Below are positions 38,711-51,273 of a stretch of 63,981 bases of DNA, in pieces. The first letter of the stretch is position 1, and each line of letters begins with the position of its first letter. The notes under the pieces are model-generated. The model was not told where the DNA came from. It searched no databases and saw nothing but the letters and a program-made list of their open reading frames with translations. The translations under genes and the position numbers were made by a program. Source of the DNA: Octopus bimaculoides (taxonomy: Eukaryota); the NCBI RefSeq assembly GCF_001194135.2, contig NC_068981.1, positions 2,513,145 to 2,577,125 on the forward strand, given 5' to 3'.

Positions 38711-40529
38711 AACATGTTGAATTTTTGCAGTTAATAAATTATATCAATTCTACTTCTCCATTTTCTGGATTTTAATTTGAATATTAAAAATAAAAAAACA
38801 AGATTTATACTTAAACCTATTATTTTAGGAATATTACTATCAACAACAAAATAACAGATAACAAACCAGTAATTCATTGCAGATTTTTTATCCCNNNNNN
38901 NNNNNNNNNNNNNNNNNNNNNNNNNNNNNNNNNNNNNNNNNNNNNNNNNNNNNNNNNNNNNNNNNNNNNNNNNNNNNNNNNNNNNNNNNNNNNNNNNNNN
39001 NNNNNNNNNNNNNNNNNNNNNNNNNNNNNNNNNNAGGTGGCACGTAAAAAACACCATTTTGAGCGTGGCCATTGCCAGTACTGAGTGACTGGCCCTCGTG
39101 CCGGTGGCACGTAAAAGCACCCACTACACTCTCGGAGTGGTTGGTGTTAGGAAGGGCATCCAGCTGTAGAAACTCTGCCAAATCAGATTGGAGCCTGGTG
39201 CAGCCATCCGGTTCACCAGTCCTCAGTCAAATCGTCCAACCCATGCTAGCATGGAAAGCGGACGTTAAACGATGATGATGATATATATACTTAACACGGG
39301 GCTTTCTTTTTAAATGACAGAATTTAAGATATTGGACCAGTCAGTGTTGGCACAAAGAATTGAATGAAAATGACTTCATCCGGGAGTAGAAACTATTTCA
39401 CAGAGCGAGAGGAAGAATTTGATGGAATCTTTCTTGCACTGAACAGAAACGTATAATAGAGAAGGAATTATGAAACAGTTCTTACCAGCTGTTATTAATG
39501 TTGTTATAAAAATACTGGAAAACATCTTTAAAGTTCTGGTTGTTGCTCTGAAGAGAAATTATATAAAAGTAATATTATTAAGAAAAAAAAAAGAAGAGAG
39601 AATTTTTTTTTAAATACATCTTTTTTTTCTTTTAATCTTATGCGATTTGATTCAAAGCTGAAAACACACACGCACATCACACACATGCGCGGACGCACGC
39701 ACACACAGATGCACACAAAATCAGCAATTTAGATTTTGATATTAAATTCACCATTTTGTCTGATCATTTCGTTTGTTTTGCAAAATTCTTGATGAGAAAT
39801 CTGTTTTGAAGGAGATTTATGTTTGGAGGGTCATTCGGAGGGCCACTTGTTGATATTTTATATTCAGTTTTATTAATATTAGTCAACTAGTTAACTAATT
39901 AACCAGTTAGCTAATTGAGTGTTTGAACTATCATTTCATTGATCAATCAGTCAGTTTGCATGTCAGAATCCTTTTGTTTCTGCGATCTCATCAAAGATAA
40001 TCGCTAACATCATTGAAGTAAGATTATATCTTTCCTGAGGTGGCCCATACATACATATATAGGTATATTCAACCATCCACTTGTCAATCCGTTCGTTCTC
40101 CCACTCTCCCTATATGCACGTATATGTGTTTATATATAAACGTACACACACACAATATGTACATATGTGTGTGTGTGTGTGTTTGTGTGTGTGTAATCAG
40201 ATTTAAAAATTGCACAAAAGACGATAAAGGAACACACTGAAAATTCCCACACAAAACGTGGGCATGCTCTTTCCTCATCATTTATCATCTAAAAATCATA
40301 ACAATTTCGATCCTTTGACTGTAAGCTCGTTCATTTTGGTGGCATCAACAACAACGAGATGCTGGGAAGAAGTGAACGAACGTAAAGTAGGGTGCGGGAA
40401 ACAGTCAAATGACACAAACAGTTGGCACAAATGTAAATATACATACAAAATAAAGGTCTTACGGCCATGAGACAGCTTTAAGACAAGACGTGAAGAAATA
40501 ATGCTAATGGAAATATATATAAATATATG

Positions 40530-40678
40530 GGCGATCTTTCGGTACGAGTTCCTAAATATCGCCCTTTTCTGTAAAAAGTGTCTTCGGCGATCTTTACCAA
40601 AGATCGGCCTTTTCTGTAACACCCGCACGATCTTCACTACGGTGGCCGATATTTAGGAACTCGTACCGAAACATCGCC
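40530..40678. mobile_element. MITE with 32-bp TIRs starting GGCGAT
   Basis: ggcgatctttcggtacgagttcctaaatatcg versus the reverse complement of the right end, 31 of 32 identical; flanked by tatatg on both sides. Confidence 0.85.
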
Positions 40679-41939
40679 TATATGCATGTATGTATATATA
40701 CCTATATATTTATATCTATATCTCTCTGTATGTATGTGTGTGTGTGGTGTAGTATGTGTGTATTGTGCACGCGCGCTGATATAGTACAGAATGGAGAAAG
40801 GTTTTGCTACTTTCCTTTAAGTTACTTTTCCCAATATTAAATTCCCTCTATTTCTCTATGTTACCACTTGTTTGATAAACTTAATTTGCAATACATTTGG
40901 ACAACCAACTGTAATCCTACTGTAATATGAATTAGATTAGTCTTTTGATAAGACACATTCATCCTAACTTAGACAACATTCCATGTGTGTGGTGCTCCAG
41001 TATTGCTTTAAACAAAGGAGTAAAAGACATACGGTCTAATTTTGAAGTGATTCACATTTTAACAAACGTTGGCAAATACTGACTTTTACATGAACGAAAC
41101 TTTTGATTTGTGAGGGTGTTAGATGACGGTATGTGACACTCATGCCTTTCCAGTGGTCATTAGCAGCACAAGTAAGCTGATCACATTAAAAATATTGGTT
41201 CCAAATTTTAGCACAAGGCCAGCAATTTCAGGGGAAGTGGTCAAGTCGATTACATGGACCCCAGTGTTCAACTGGTGCTTATTTTATCGATTCCCAAAAA
41301 GATGGAAGGTAAAATCGATCTCAGAGCATAAATACAGAAGAAATGCCGTCATTCCTTTTGCCCAACATCCTAACGAGTCTCCCTGTTGGCCGTCTTGATC
41401 ACGTTAAAATTATCGATTACTTTCGGTCTAATTTCATTTTGTAAGAGATAATTTAGTGTGAAATAATTAATGGCAGAGCCTATAAAAAGGAGTATATCGG
41501 TGGTCCGGGACCTGGAAAACCAAAAAGGAACTGGACAGCGAATATCTGATGGGGACACTCCCTCAATAAATAAATTAATAAGCAAATAAATAAATAAATT
41601 ATTAATAATAAATAAATAAATAAATAAACTCAGAGCCCCTTCGAATTTTGAGATGAACCTTGACCACTGGGGTCCTAAAGGATTCTTGGTGCATCTTGTT
41701 CCAGCTTTCAGAATTTCTCTTGGAGGCTCTGGTACATACAAAATATGTACGTCCCACGGAATAAAAGACGAAAGTTTCATTCTGACAATATTGATATTTG
41801 AATTGTTTTCTCTTCCATTATAATTCCAATCACAACTAGGATGTCTTAAAAGTAAATAATATTGGCTTCAGTTCTTAACGGGTAATTTATTTTATCACCC
41901 CACCCAAGGCCATTTTAGTAGCATTATGGTACCGGGCGA

Positions 41940-42075
41940 ATCTATCACTGACATAGAACACAACATACACAGATTAGAATTGGATTTCTAGACTCGTGAG
42001 ATCAGAATTGGATTCCTAGAATCTATCACTGACATTGAACACAGCATAGATTAGAATTGGATTCCTAGACTGTGA
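41940..42075. repeat. Imperfect tandem duplication, about 80-bp unit
   Basis: atctatcactgacat.gaacac...agattagaattggatt.ctaga is repeated. Confidence 0.85.
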
Positions 42076-43204
42076 CGACTTCGGGCAACAGCTCAATGTG
42101 CCTGTGCATTAAGATGTCACTGACCCCACCCTGAGAAGATATAAGGCAAAGTTTGACCTTTATGGGATTCAGAAATTAAAGAGTTATAACTGCTATCATA
42201 AGTTAGTTTGTCATTCTAATGATAAAAAAAATTGTGATTCTTTTGTATTTTAGCCTGCTCTGTTTAATTTTTTCCTACTAACTTCAGTTTATAATCAACA
42301 TCTTTGTAACAATTCATGTTATTTTGTTCAATCCCTGCATTTCACCAGATGTTTATCATTCACAGTATTTTTTCAAACATAAAAAAAAATCAGTTTAAAG
42401 ACAATGTTCTTTTCCCTCGCCGTCTTTTACATTTGTTCGGTTATTTCGTCATAGATGTTCTAGTATTTGCTGAAAACACAGACAATTGAATAGATTGATA
42501 CAGTAGAAACAGCCGAGAGGTCCTCGGTTTGTACTCCATCTTCAGTGCTTCGTTGAGTCCGTACAGGGCCGGCACTACAAGACGATCGCACAGGGCGTTA
42601 AAATCTAACGGCATTAGAAAAGTGAAAGAAATGTAACATTTTTTAAACCTTAACTTTTTAATACCCATTTCTGTCAATGAAGAGTTGTTGTATGTGTTTG
42701 AAGAACAGCAGAAAACTTAATCGTCATCAGGTAAACTTTAGATACAATATTGTATCTTATATAAGCAACTGTTCTTAGCTGTACCCAGCGGTCATAACAG
42801 AGAGAAGAGGTGCTGATTGTAGGGTTAATCTTAGGGCGACAACTACCCTGGCATTCGTTCTGAGTCTGTGATCAAGTTACTTAAGTCTCGGCGACCAAAT
42901 CCGTTCATATGACTCACAGTGTAAACACAACTACGTCGAAGAGAAGACGTGTGCTTTAATTAATTTCTCATTACGATTTTGTTGAGAGACCCTAATTTGC
43001 CTAGCTTACCCAGTCCCTAATCCGTTATAAGTTAGTATGAATGCTGACAGCCAAAGAGATAATTAAGCGACGTTACTGCATTCAAAAGGCCATGCAAAAG
43101 AATTCCGCGACCAACATATTGCCAGCGATTCTCCGGTTGAGAACCCTTGACCTAACTAGTGATAGATGATAAATAAATGAATACACGATTGAAAGCTTAA
43201 GGAA

Positions 43205-43323
43205 CAGAGAGAGAGAGACAGAGAGAGAGAGAGACAGAGAGAGAGAGAGACAGAGAGAGAGAGAGAGACAGAGAGAGACAGAGAGAGAGAGACAGACGGA
43301 GAGAGAGAGAGAGACAGACAGAG

Positions 43324-43375
<52 letters not shown>
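43205..43375. repeat. (GA)n/(GACA)n microsatellite
   Basis: Direct reading. Confidence 0.95.
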
Positions 43376-43377
<2 letters not shown>

Positions 43378-44044
43378 AGATAGGTGAGAGAGAGAAATAG
43401 AGAAAGAGAGAGATGGGGAGAAAGAAAGAAAAATATTGCATTCTGCTTATGAAAACAAACTAACGGGAGCTGTATTCAGTAGCGTGTTGGTTTAATTAAA
43501 GAAATAAAATAGAATTTACCTTGGTTTTATCGACAGTAAATGACCTGCAGTGATTTGCTACCCACTTCCACTGTGCCGGTCCTAGTCGCAAAACGTAGCA
43601 CAAGTAATTTTTTTTCTTTATATACTTCATGTCAAACGCCTCAAAGTTCTCACCAAATCAAGTTTTCATGAAACCACGGGTTTTGTTCGCTTGATTTTCC
43701 TTCTTGTTTTCTCTTTCTGATTTCTTTTCTTTTCTTTTTTCTTTTCCAAGTCAAATTTAATGTCCATTGTCATCTCGGTTGTGTTTTGCCAAAAAGAACA
43801 TCTCCTTCAATCATACGAGAGGTAAAAACGTACAGATTTATAAAGCCATCCTGAGTGATTGCAGCTAAGTCCTCTCTATTTTATTTCCTACTTCCAATAT
43901 TTTAAATAATTGTATGGAATACGATAAAGATTTCTTTTAGATTAACTCAGCCTTGCTGTTGGAGAATTGTATTAACATAAAAGCACATATAGGCACAGAA
44001 GAAATATGTTAAGACATACGTACATACATACATACATACATACA

Positions 44045-44265
44045 TACGCTGAACTATTGAGAAATCTACAGTTACTCTATCCACATTACAAGTTCAGGTT
44101 TATACCTGTAATTATTGGAGATCTGGGATATGTAACACACTGCCTAAATACCAATCTTGAGAAATTAGGCTTCTCAAAACTAGAAATGAGAAAGCTAATT
44201 TGAAGACTACAAATCACTGGAACTGTAAAAATCTGTAAAACTTTCCAGAAGTTTATCATTTAAAT
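44045..44265 (+). mobile_element. R4/Dong-clade 3' end fragment
   Basis: YAELLRNLQLLYPHYKFRFIPVIIGDLGYVTHCLNTNLEKLG. Confidence 0.7.
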
Positions 44266-44344
44266 ATATATGAGCCTGTCTAGATATGTAACTATATGCA
44301 TGAGAATATATATATATATAAAGCATACAAATCTGCACATAAAC

Positions 44345-45715
44345 ATACATACATGATGGCCGACCACTCGTGACTGAGGAAGACCATTGCTGACCTTTAG
44401 GAACATTGTGTGATCTAGGACTAACTTATATTTTGCATTTGTTACTCCATTGGTGGCTAATGAGCCCTGCTCTTGACAAACATACATGACTGCAAACATT
44501 GCAAATCAAGCTTTCCCCATTCACTACACTAGCAGTGCGCTTTCGAGTAGCACACTTAAATTCTTCAAACCAGTCTCTGTGACTAGCAGTAGCATATTCC
44601 AGTGTTTCAGCAGCCCATTGAAGAACCTGGTCTCGAAAATCTTCCCATACTGTAGTATTTTCAATGCTGGACAAACAAGTCTGAAGCTCTTTCCTCAACA
44701 CAGCATCATATATCTTGTGGACATTCAGACGCCCAGGAATGCAAACTGGTCCTCTTCTCTCTTTCACTCTAATTATCATTCGGAACTTTGCTCGCACCAG
44801 ACTGTGGTCTGTCCAGCATTCCGATCCATGAAAGGACTTGACATTACAAATTTCATAGATGTCATGCTTGCGGATGATGACAAAATCCAGCAAGTGCCAA
44901 ACTTTAGACATTGGATGCATCCACATTGTTGTGCGATCACTTTTGTGCATAAAACGAGTGCTTGCGATGTAAAGTCCATGTTGATTGCAAAGCTCCAGCA
45001 GCATGAGACCATTGCTATTCATTTTCCCTACACTAAAACTTCCTAGAGAATTCCATGTTTGCTAGTCTGTTCCAACCCTGGCACTGAAATCCCACAATAG
45101 AATGACTTTATCAGAATTGGGGATTTTCCTAAGTATGACTCTCAGCTCTTTTTACTCTTTTACTCTTTTACTTGTTTCAGTCATTTGACTGTGTCCATGC
45201 TGGAGCACCGCCTTTAGTCGAGCAAATCGACCCCAGGACTTATTCTTTGGAAGCCTGGTACTTATTCTATCGGTTTCTTTTGCCGAACCGCTAAGTTACG
45301 GGGACGTAAACACACCAGCATCGGTTGTCAAGCGATGTTGGGGACAAACACAGACACACAAACATATACACATATATATATATATATATATATACATATA
45401 TACGACAGGCTTCTTTCAGTTTCCGTCTACCAAATCCACTCACAAGGCATTGGTCGGCCCGAGGCTATAGTAGAAGACACTTGCCCAAGATGCCACGCAG
45501 TGGGAATGAACCCGGAACCATGTGGTTGGTAAGCAAGCTACTTACCACACAGCCGGGTATAAAAGATAGTTTTATCTTCATCACAACTAGTCAAAGTAGG
45601 TGCATAGGCACTTATTAGAGTAGCAAACTGCCCATCTTTCAGGGACAATTGTAGAGTCGTTAGATGTTCATTTATAGGAACAGGAAGCTCCTCCAACTCC
45701 TTAAGGATATCAGAA
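44345..45715 (-). mobile_element. RTE-BovB-like LINE: AP endonuclease joined to C-terminal zinc finger, RT deleted, interrupted by a SINE at about 45150-45555
   Basis: FATLISAYAPTLTS..DKVILLWDFSARVG..MNSNGLMLLELC..WMHPMSKVWHLLDFVI..TDHSLV..RDWFEE then KRTASVVNGESLICNVCSHVCLSRAGLISHQ. Confidence 0.85.
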
Positions 45716-45749
45716 CATACATACATACATACAAAACAAGATCCCACAA

Positions 45750-46525
45750 TGCATCTGCAGTACTAGATCCCAACATTTGGGATACTTGATTGGTCTGTAG
45801 AGGATATCCACTCCATAGACATCAAAACCCGCAAAATCCTGACAACAACTGGGAACCTCCACAGAAACAGTGATGTTGACAGACTCTACCTAAGAAGAAA
45901 TGAAGGTGGTAGAGGCCTGAGATCAGTGCAGATGGCCTTCGAATGCTGTATGGTATCACTCAGGCAGCATTTGCTAAACAACAGCAGCAAAAATAAATAT
46001 ATTAATGCAGTCCTGAAAAGGGAAGTGAGCAACATTGTACGAGTTGGCTGTGAACTCAAGAAACACTCTCTTCCTGATGATCTCGTATACAGCCCCAAAA
46101 GAGCTGGGCTCTCTTACCTCAGAGAAGACCTGGATGGAAAGCACTCAACATACAAAAAAAAAAAAAGACCATGCATGGGTATGTTGCCCAGAAGCTTGAA
46201 GACACTAGAATTGATACGAAGCACAGCCTTTCTTGGACACAAGACCACTACATCACATCACACTTTCAGGGCTATGCGTTTGCAATCCAGGAACAGGAGA
46301 TTGCCACAAGGTACCTGGTGAACAAGAAAGACAGTGACACTCTTGTAATCCCAAGGTGCAACCACATGTGTAGGCTATGTCACGTTTCTGTGAAAGACGT
46401 TACACATATGATTAGCAGCTGTCCTAAAATATCATCATGGTATTACCTCCCTATGTGGCACGATGTTGTTGCTAAAACAATTTACAACGCCATCTGCAAA
46501 AAAGACTATCCTGAAATAAACTTAT
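45750..46525 (+). mobile_element. R4/Dong-clade retrotransposon fragment (RT thumb to CCHC knuckle)
   Basis: FGILDWSVEDIHSIDIKTRKILT..SDVDRLYLRRNEGGRGL; CRLCHVSVKDVTHMISSC..HDVVAKTI. Confidence 0.85.
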
Positions 46526-46831
46526 AAACGATGATGATGATGATGATGATGATGATATCAATATTTTTTAATGTATTTATATATTTATATATATATATAT
46601 TTTTATAGCATGATTTTGGGCGTATAATATTTTTATAGCGGAGTATATTTTATTATATGTGTATTGATAACCCGTCTTTTGCTTCTCATTAGCATTTTCC
46701 TTTTTTCACTCTCTTCCATCTTAACCTTGAAGAAAGACTCTGTCTGAAACATTGAATACCTGGTCTCCCTACTCACACACACAGCAATTTTCAATTTATT
46801 TTTCCTGTCATTACACACATATGTTGCTTAA

Positions 46832-47050
46832 CCCTTTTGTTACCAACCTGGCTGGAACTGGCTCTGTCTCTATATACAAATGTCTTGTTTTCATAAGTTT
46901 TGAATTAAAATCTTCCACCAAACCTTAGCCACAATTTATGTTGCTAACACTAGCTGAATGATAACTAAGTTATTTTACTAAATTCTTTGTTATATTCAAA
47001 ATTAATTGTAAGAAACACAGAACATCTCAATAAATACAGTAATGAAAGGG
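46832..47050. mobile_element. piggyBac-type MITE; a second partial copy starts near 47082
   Basis: TTAA|CCCTTTTGTTAC ... GTAATGAAAGGG|TTAA. Confidence 0.8.
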
Positions 47051-47981
47051 TTAAAATATATAATAGAGAAACAATTATCAACCCTTTTGTTATTAACCCG
47101 GTTGAAACCGCCTCTGGCTCTGAGTACAAATGTCTTGTTTTCAAAAGTTCTGAATTAAAATCTTCCACCAAACCTTAGTCACAATTTATGTTCCTAACAC
47201 TAGCTTAATGATATTTTACTAAATTCTTTCATCATCATCGTCATCGTTTAACGTCCGCTTTCCATGCTAGCATGGGTTGGATGATTTGACTGAGGACTGG
47301 TGGACCAGGAGGCGACACCAGGCTTCAATCTGATTTGGCAGAGTTTCTACAACTGGATGCCCTTCCTAATGCCAACCACTCTGAGAGTGTAGTGGGTGCT
47401 TTTACGTGCCACTGGTACGAGTGCCAGTCAGGCGGTACTGGCGATGGCCACGCTCGAAATGGTGTATTTTACGTGCCACCTGCACAGGAGCCAGTCCATC
47501 GGCACTGGCAATGATCTCGCTCGAATGTCTTTTCACGTGCCATTGGCACAAGTGCCAGGAAAGGTGACGTTGGTAACAATCACGCTGGTGCTATTTACAT
47601 GCCACCAGCACGGAAGCCAGACAGCTGCTCTGGCAACGATCGCGCTCGGACGGTGCTCTTAATGCTCTACTGGTACAGGTGCCATCACGATTTTGCTTTC
47701 GCTATCTAAAATAATTGAGAGAAACACAGAGCATCCCACTCAATATATCTGGTAGGTGATATACTCTCTTTTATGTTTCAGTCATTTTGACTGTAGCCAT
47801 GCTGGAGCACCACCTTTGGTCGAACAAATCAACCCCAGGACTTATTCTTTGTAAGCCTAGTACTTATTCTGCTGGTCTCTTTTGCCGAACCGCTAGGTTA
47901 AGGGGACATAAACACACCAACATTGGTGTCAAGTGATGATGGTGGGGACAAATGCAGACACACAAATACATACGTACATAC

Positions 47982-48020
<39 letters not shown>

Positions 48021-48030
48021 NNNNNNNNNN

Positions 48031-48069
<39 letters not shown>

Positions 48070-49120
48070 CGAGCTTCTCTCAGTTTTCATTTACCAAATC
48101 CACTTCCAAGACTTTGGTCAGCCCAAAGCTATGGTAGAAGACACTTGCCCAGTGCAACTGAACCGGGAACCATGTGGTTGGGAAGCAAGCTTCTTTCTTA
48201 CCACACAGCCACTCCTGTGCCTGTACGTTTTTTTTTTTTATTAATTAAAACTGAAGATGTGAGTTTGTCACACAACTCGAGTTTCATCCCACCGTGATCC
48301 TCAGGCTAAAGGTCAAATTGACGTGAAACTCAAGTCACAACACAAACTCTCAGCTTCAGCTTTAATAAACATCTACAAATACATACATACGTATGTATGT
48401 ATGTATGTATGTATGTATGTATGTATGTACATATGTATTTATGTCTGTGTTTATGTGTTGAAGGAGTTTACCAATGACAGTTGAACTGACCTTTTTGTTT
48501 ATGCATAACTGAATCTTCAGTTAGATATCTTTTTTATCCATTATATAAATGTTCTTTATTGTTATATCTTTGTGAATTACTTATATCATAATGATATTAT
48601 TACTGAGTCGATCAAAAAATTATGGGGGCATCAACAAACCAACACCGGTTATCAAGTGGTGGGTGTGGGGACAAATACAGATGCAAAGACACACACACAT
48701 ACAATGGGCTTCTTTCAGTTTCCATCTACCAAATCCACTCACAAGGCCTGAGGCTATAGCAGAAGACACTTGCCCAGGGTGCCATGCAGTGGGGTTGAAC
48801 CCGGAATGATGCAGCTGGGAAGCAACTTCTTATCACATAACCACACCTTAAGAAAATTAATTAGTAAAACCAGTTATTATTAGTAAATCTACTCGTTAGC
48901 TGTTGTAAAGTAGAGGTAAATAAACATATTTGATAGCCATGTGAAAAATCATTATCTTTTATGAATTTTCCCACAGTTTAAGTTGTTTAATTAATAACAA
49001 CAACAAAGAAGTAATTATTTTTTAAATATTTTTAATATCTTTTGAGAGAAAAGACTTTTTTCTCGAAATAATTTGGAAATTATTTCTAACTGAAATTAGT
49101 CATACATTTCCTGAAACATT

Positions 49121-49203
49121 CTAATGCAAAAACGAAGATAAGAGTGTTGCATTCATGTATTCCATCTTTATGTAGGTGTTATTGTTTGGAACGTATGCCA
49201 CAT
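49121..49203 (-). CDS. Gene B putative last exon (D)VAYVPNNNTYIKMEYMNATLLSSFLH*
   Basis: Very strong acceptor ttttcactttctttttattgtgtttctttgtttctag; phase-1 start; completes a transcobalamin-like VA.Y.P.N...I motif. Confidence 0.7.
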
Positions 49204-49399
49204 CTAGAAACAAAGAAACACAATAAAAAGAAAGTGAAAATGTTTATATGTTGAAATTAAACTTTTTTTAAAAAAAATTTATTAATAATTAAATTCTTGT
49301 GTTAAAATCCATGAACAAGGCTGGAAAGTTAAATTAGCAAACAAGATTTAAAGTTTAACAACCAAAAATGTTACAATCGATTTATATGACTATTTGTCT

Positions 49400-49640
49400 A
49401 TAGCAGGTATCCTTGCTGGAGAAGTAAAGAAGAACTTGTGAGCAATGTGTTGCTGTGGACACCAAATCATGGTACTACAACGGCTGGAAGACCATGGAAG
49501 ATGTATATATACAACAGCTTGCAGAAGATGTCGGATGCCAAGTTGGAGACCTAAAAACACTAATGGAAGATTGGGAGGGGTGGAGAGGGGTAGTCAGGCT
49601 AGCCCAGGCAGTCTGTCTGGCTGGATGACAGCATGATAAA
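49400..49640 (+). mobile_element. RTE-X/Expander-like LINE 3' end
   Basis: CWRSKEELVSNVLLWTPNHG, then across a frameshift GRP..YIQQLAEDVGCQVGDLKTLMEDW. Confidence 0.75.
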
Positions 49641-50960
49641 AAAAAGAAAAAGTTACCCTTCACCTATCCTAAGGTTATCACCTGATCTTTGAGTGCCTTT
49701 AACAAAAACCAATCTGATGTGAGATTTTAGGCTAGGTTTTTGAATTCTTTATATTTTGGTCCATGAGAATCAGGGGCTTTGAAAAAGGTTGTGTACACTG
49801 TCCTTTCCTCTTTGACTAAGCCATTTAAAAACTGAGTGACTTTGTGAAATCTATTCTTGGGTGATGTGATTTTTATCATCCAGGATTATTTAAAATATTC
49901 TGTTTTATACAAACATAAAAAAACCAAAATAACTAAAGAAAAGGACTATTCCTCTGTCTTCATAAAGTTCTTTCTACTATAAGCACAAGGCCTGAAATTT
50001 TGGAGAAGAGGGGCAGTCAATAATATCAACCCCACCACTCAACTGGTACCTTGAAAGGATGGAAGGCAAAGTTGACTTTGGCAGGATTTGAACTCAGAAT
50101 GTAAAAAGCTGGAAGAAAAACTGCCGAGCATTTTGTTTGGGGTGATAGCAGTTCTGCCAGCTCACCACCCTCCCCTGACTTTGTAAGGATAATTTTAAAG
50201 GGATTATATTTATTTATTTATTGTCCACAAGGGGCTGAACATAGAGGGGACAAACAAGGACAGACAAGGGGATTAAGTCGATTACATTGACCCCAGTGCG
50301 TAACTGGTACTTATTTAATCGACCCCGAAAGGATGAAAGGCAAAGTCGACCTCGATTGGCTTCATCTACTCCTTTGCTCATGGCTTTAGAGTTTTGGTGT
50401 ATTAACGACATTGTTTGTGGCTACATTGAAGAGAATAAGAATTGGCTAAATTTCTTATAATATGTCTTTTTGTTAAAGGCGGCAAGCTGACAGAATTGTT
50501 AGCACGCCGGGCAAAATGCTTAGTGGTATTTCGTCTGTCTTTACGTTCTGAGTTCAAATTCTGCTCAGGTTGACTTTGCCTTTCATAATTTCGGGGTCAA
50601 TAAATTAAGTACCAGTTGCATACTAGGGTCGATCTAATCAATTGCCCCCCCATCCCCAAAAACGCCTAGAATAGAAAAGAATGTCTTTTTGTTTGACAAC
50701 CTCTAAGAACAATATTTGAAGACTATTTTAAATATTTTATTATCTATTCTGTGTGAAAGGAAGAAGCACAAAGGCAATATTAAATGAAATTTCATGATCG
50801 CATTCCCTCTTGATGCAGACTATATCTTGTATACAAATAGATGTTATGACTGCCATATTGGGTGAGTTAGAGCTTTAAGTAGATTATCATTCTCCAACCA
50901 ACTTCCAGTACAGTGGTTAGTTTACCATTGTACATTGTAGGGTTACTAGTTATGATATGT

Positions 50961-51273
50961 GGAGGCACATAGCCAAGTGGCTAGAGCAACAGACTCACAG
51001 TCAAGGGATCGCAGGTTCGAATCTCAGACCGGGCGATGTGTGTGTTTATGAGCGAAACACCCAAGCACCATGCAGCTCCAGCAGAAGGTAATGGTGAACC
51101 TCTGCTGACTCTTTTGCCACAACTTTCTCCCACTCTTTCCCCCCGCATCTAGCAGCTCACCTGCGACGGACCAGCGTCCCATCCAGGTGGGGAGCCTATA
51201 TGCAAACAAAACTGGGAGACTGCCCCTTATGACTTAAGCATGACTCGAGAAGGAACAAGCAACAGCAACAGTT
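50961..51273 (+). mobile_element. tRNA-derived SINE with V-domain-like centre and (AAC)-like tail
   Basis: A box TAGCCAAGTGG, B box GGTTCGAATC, and acctgcgacggaccagcgtcccatccagg resembling the V-SINE domain. Confidence 0.7.
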
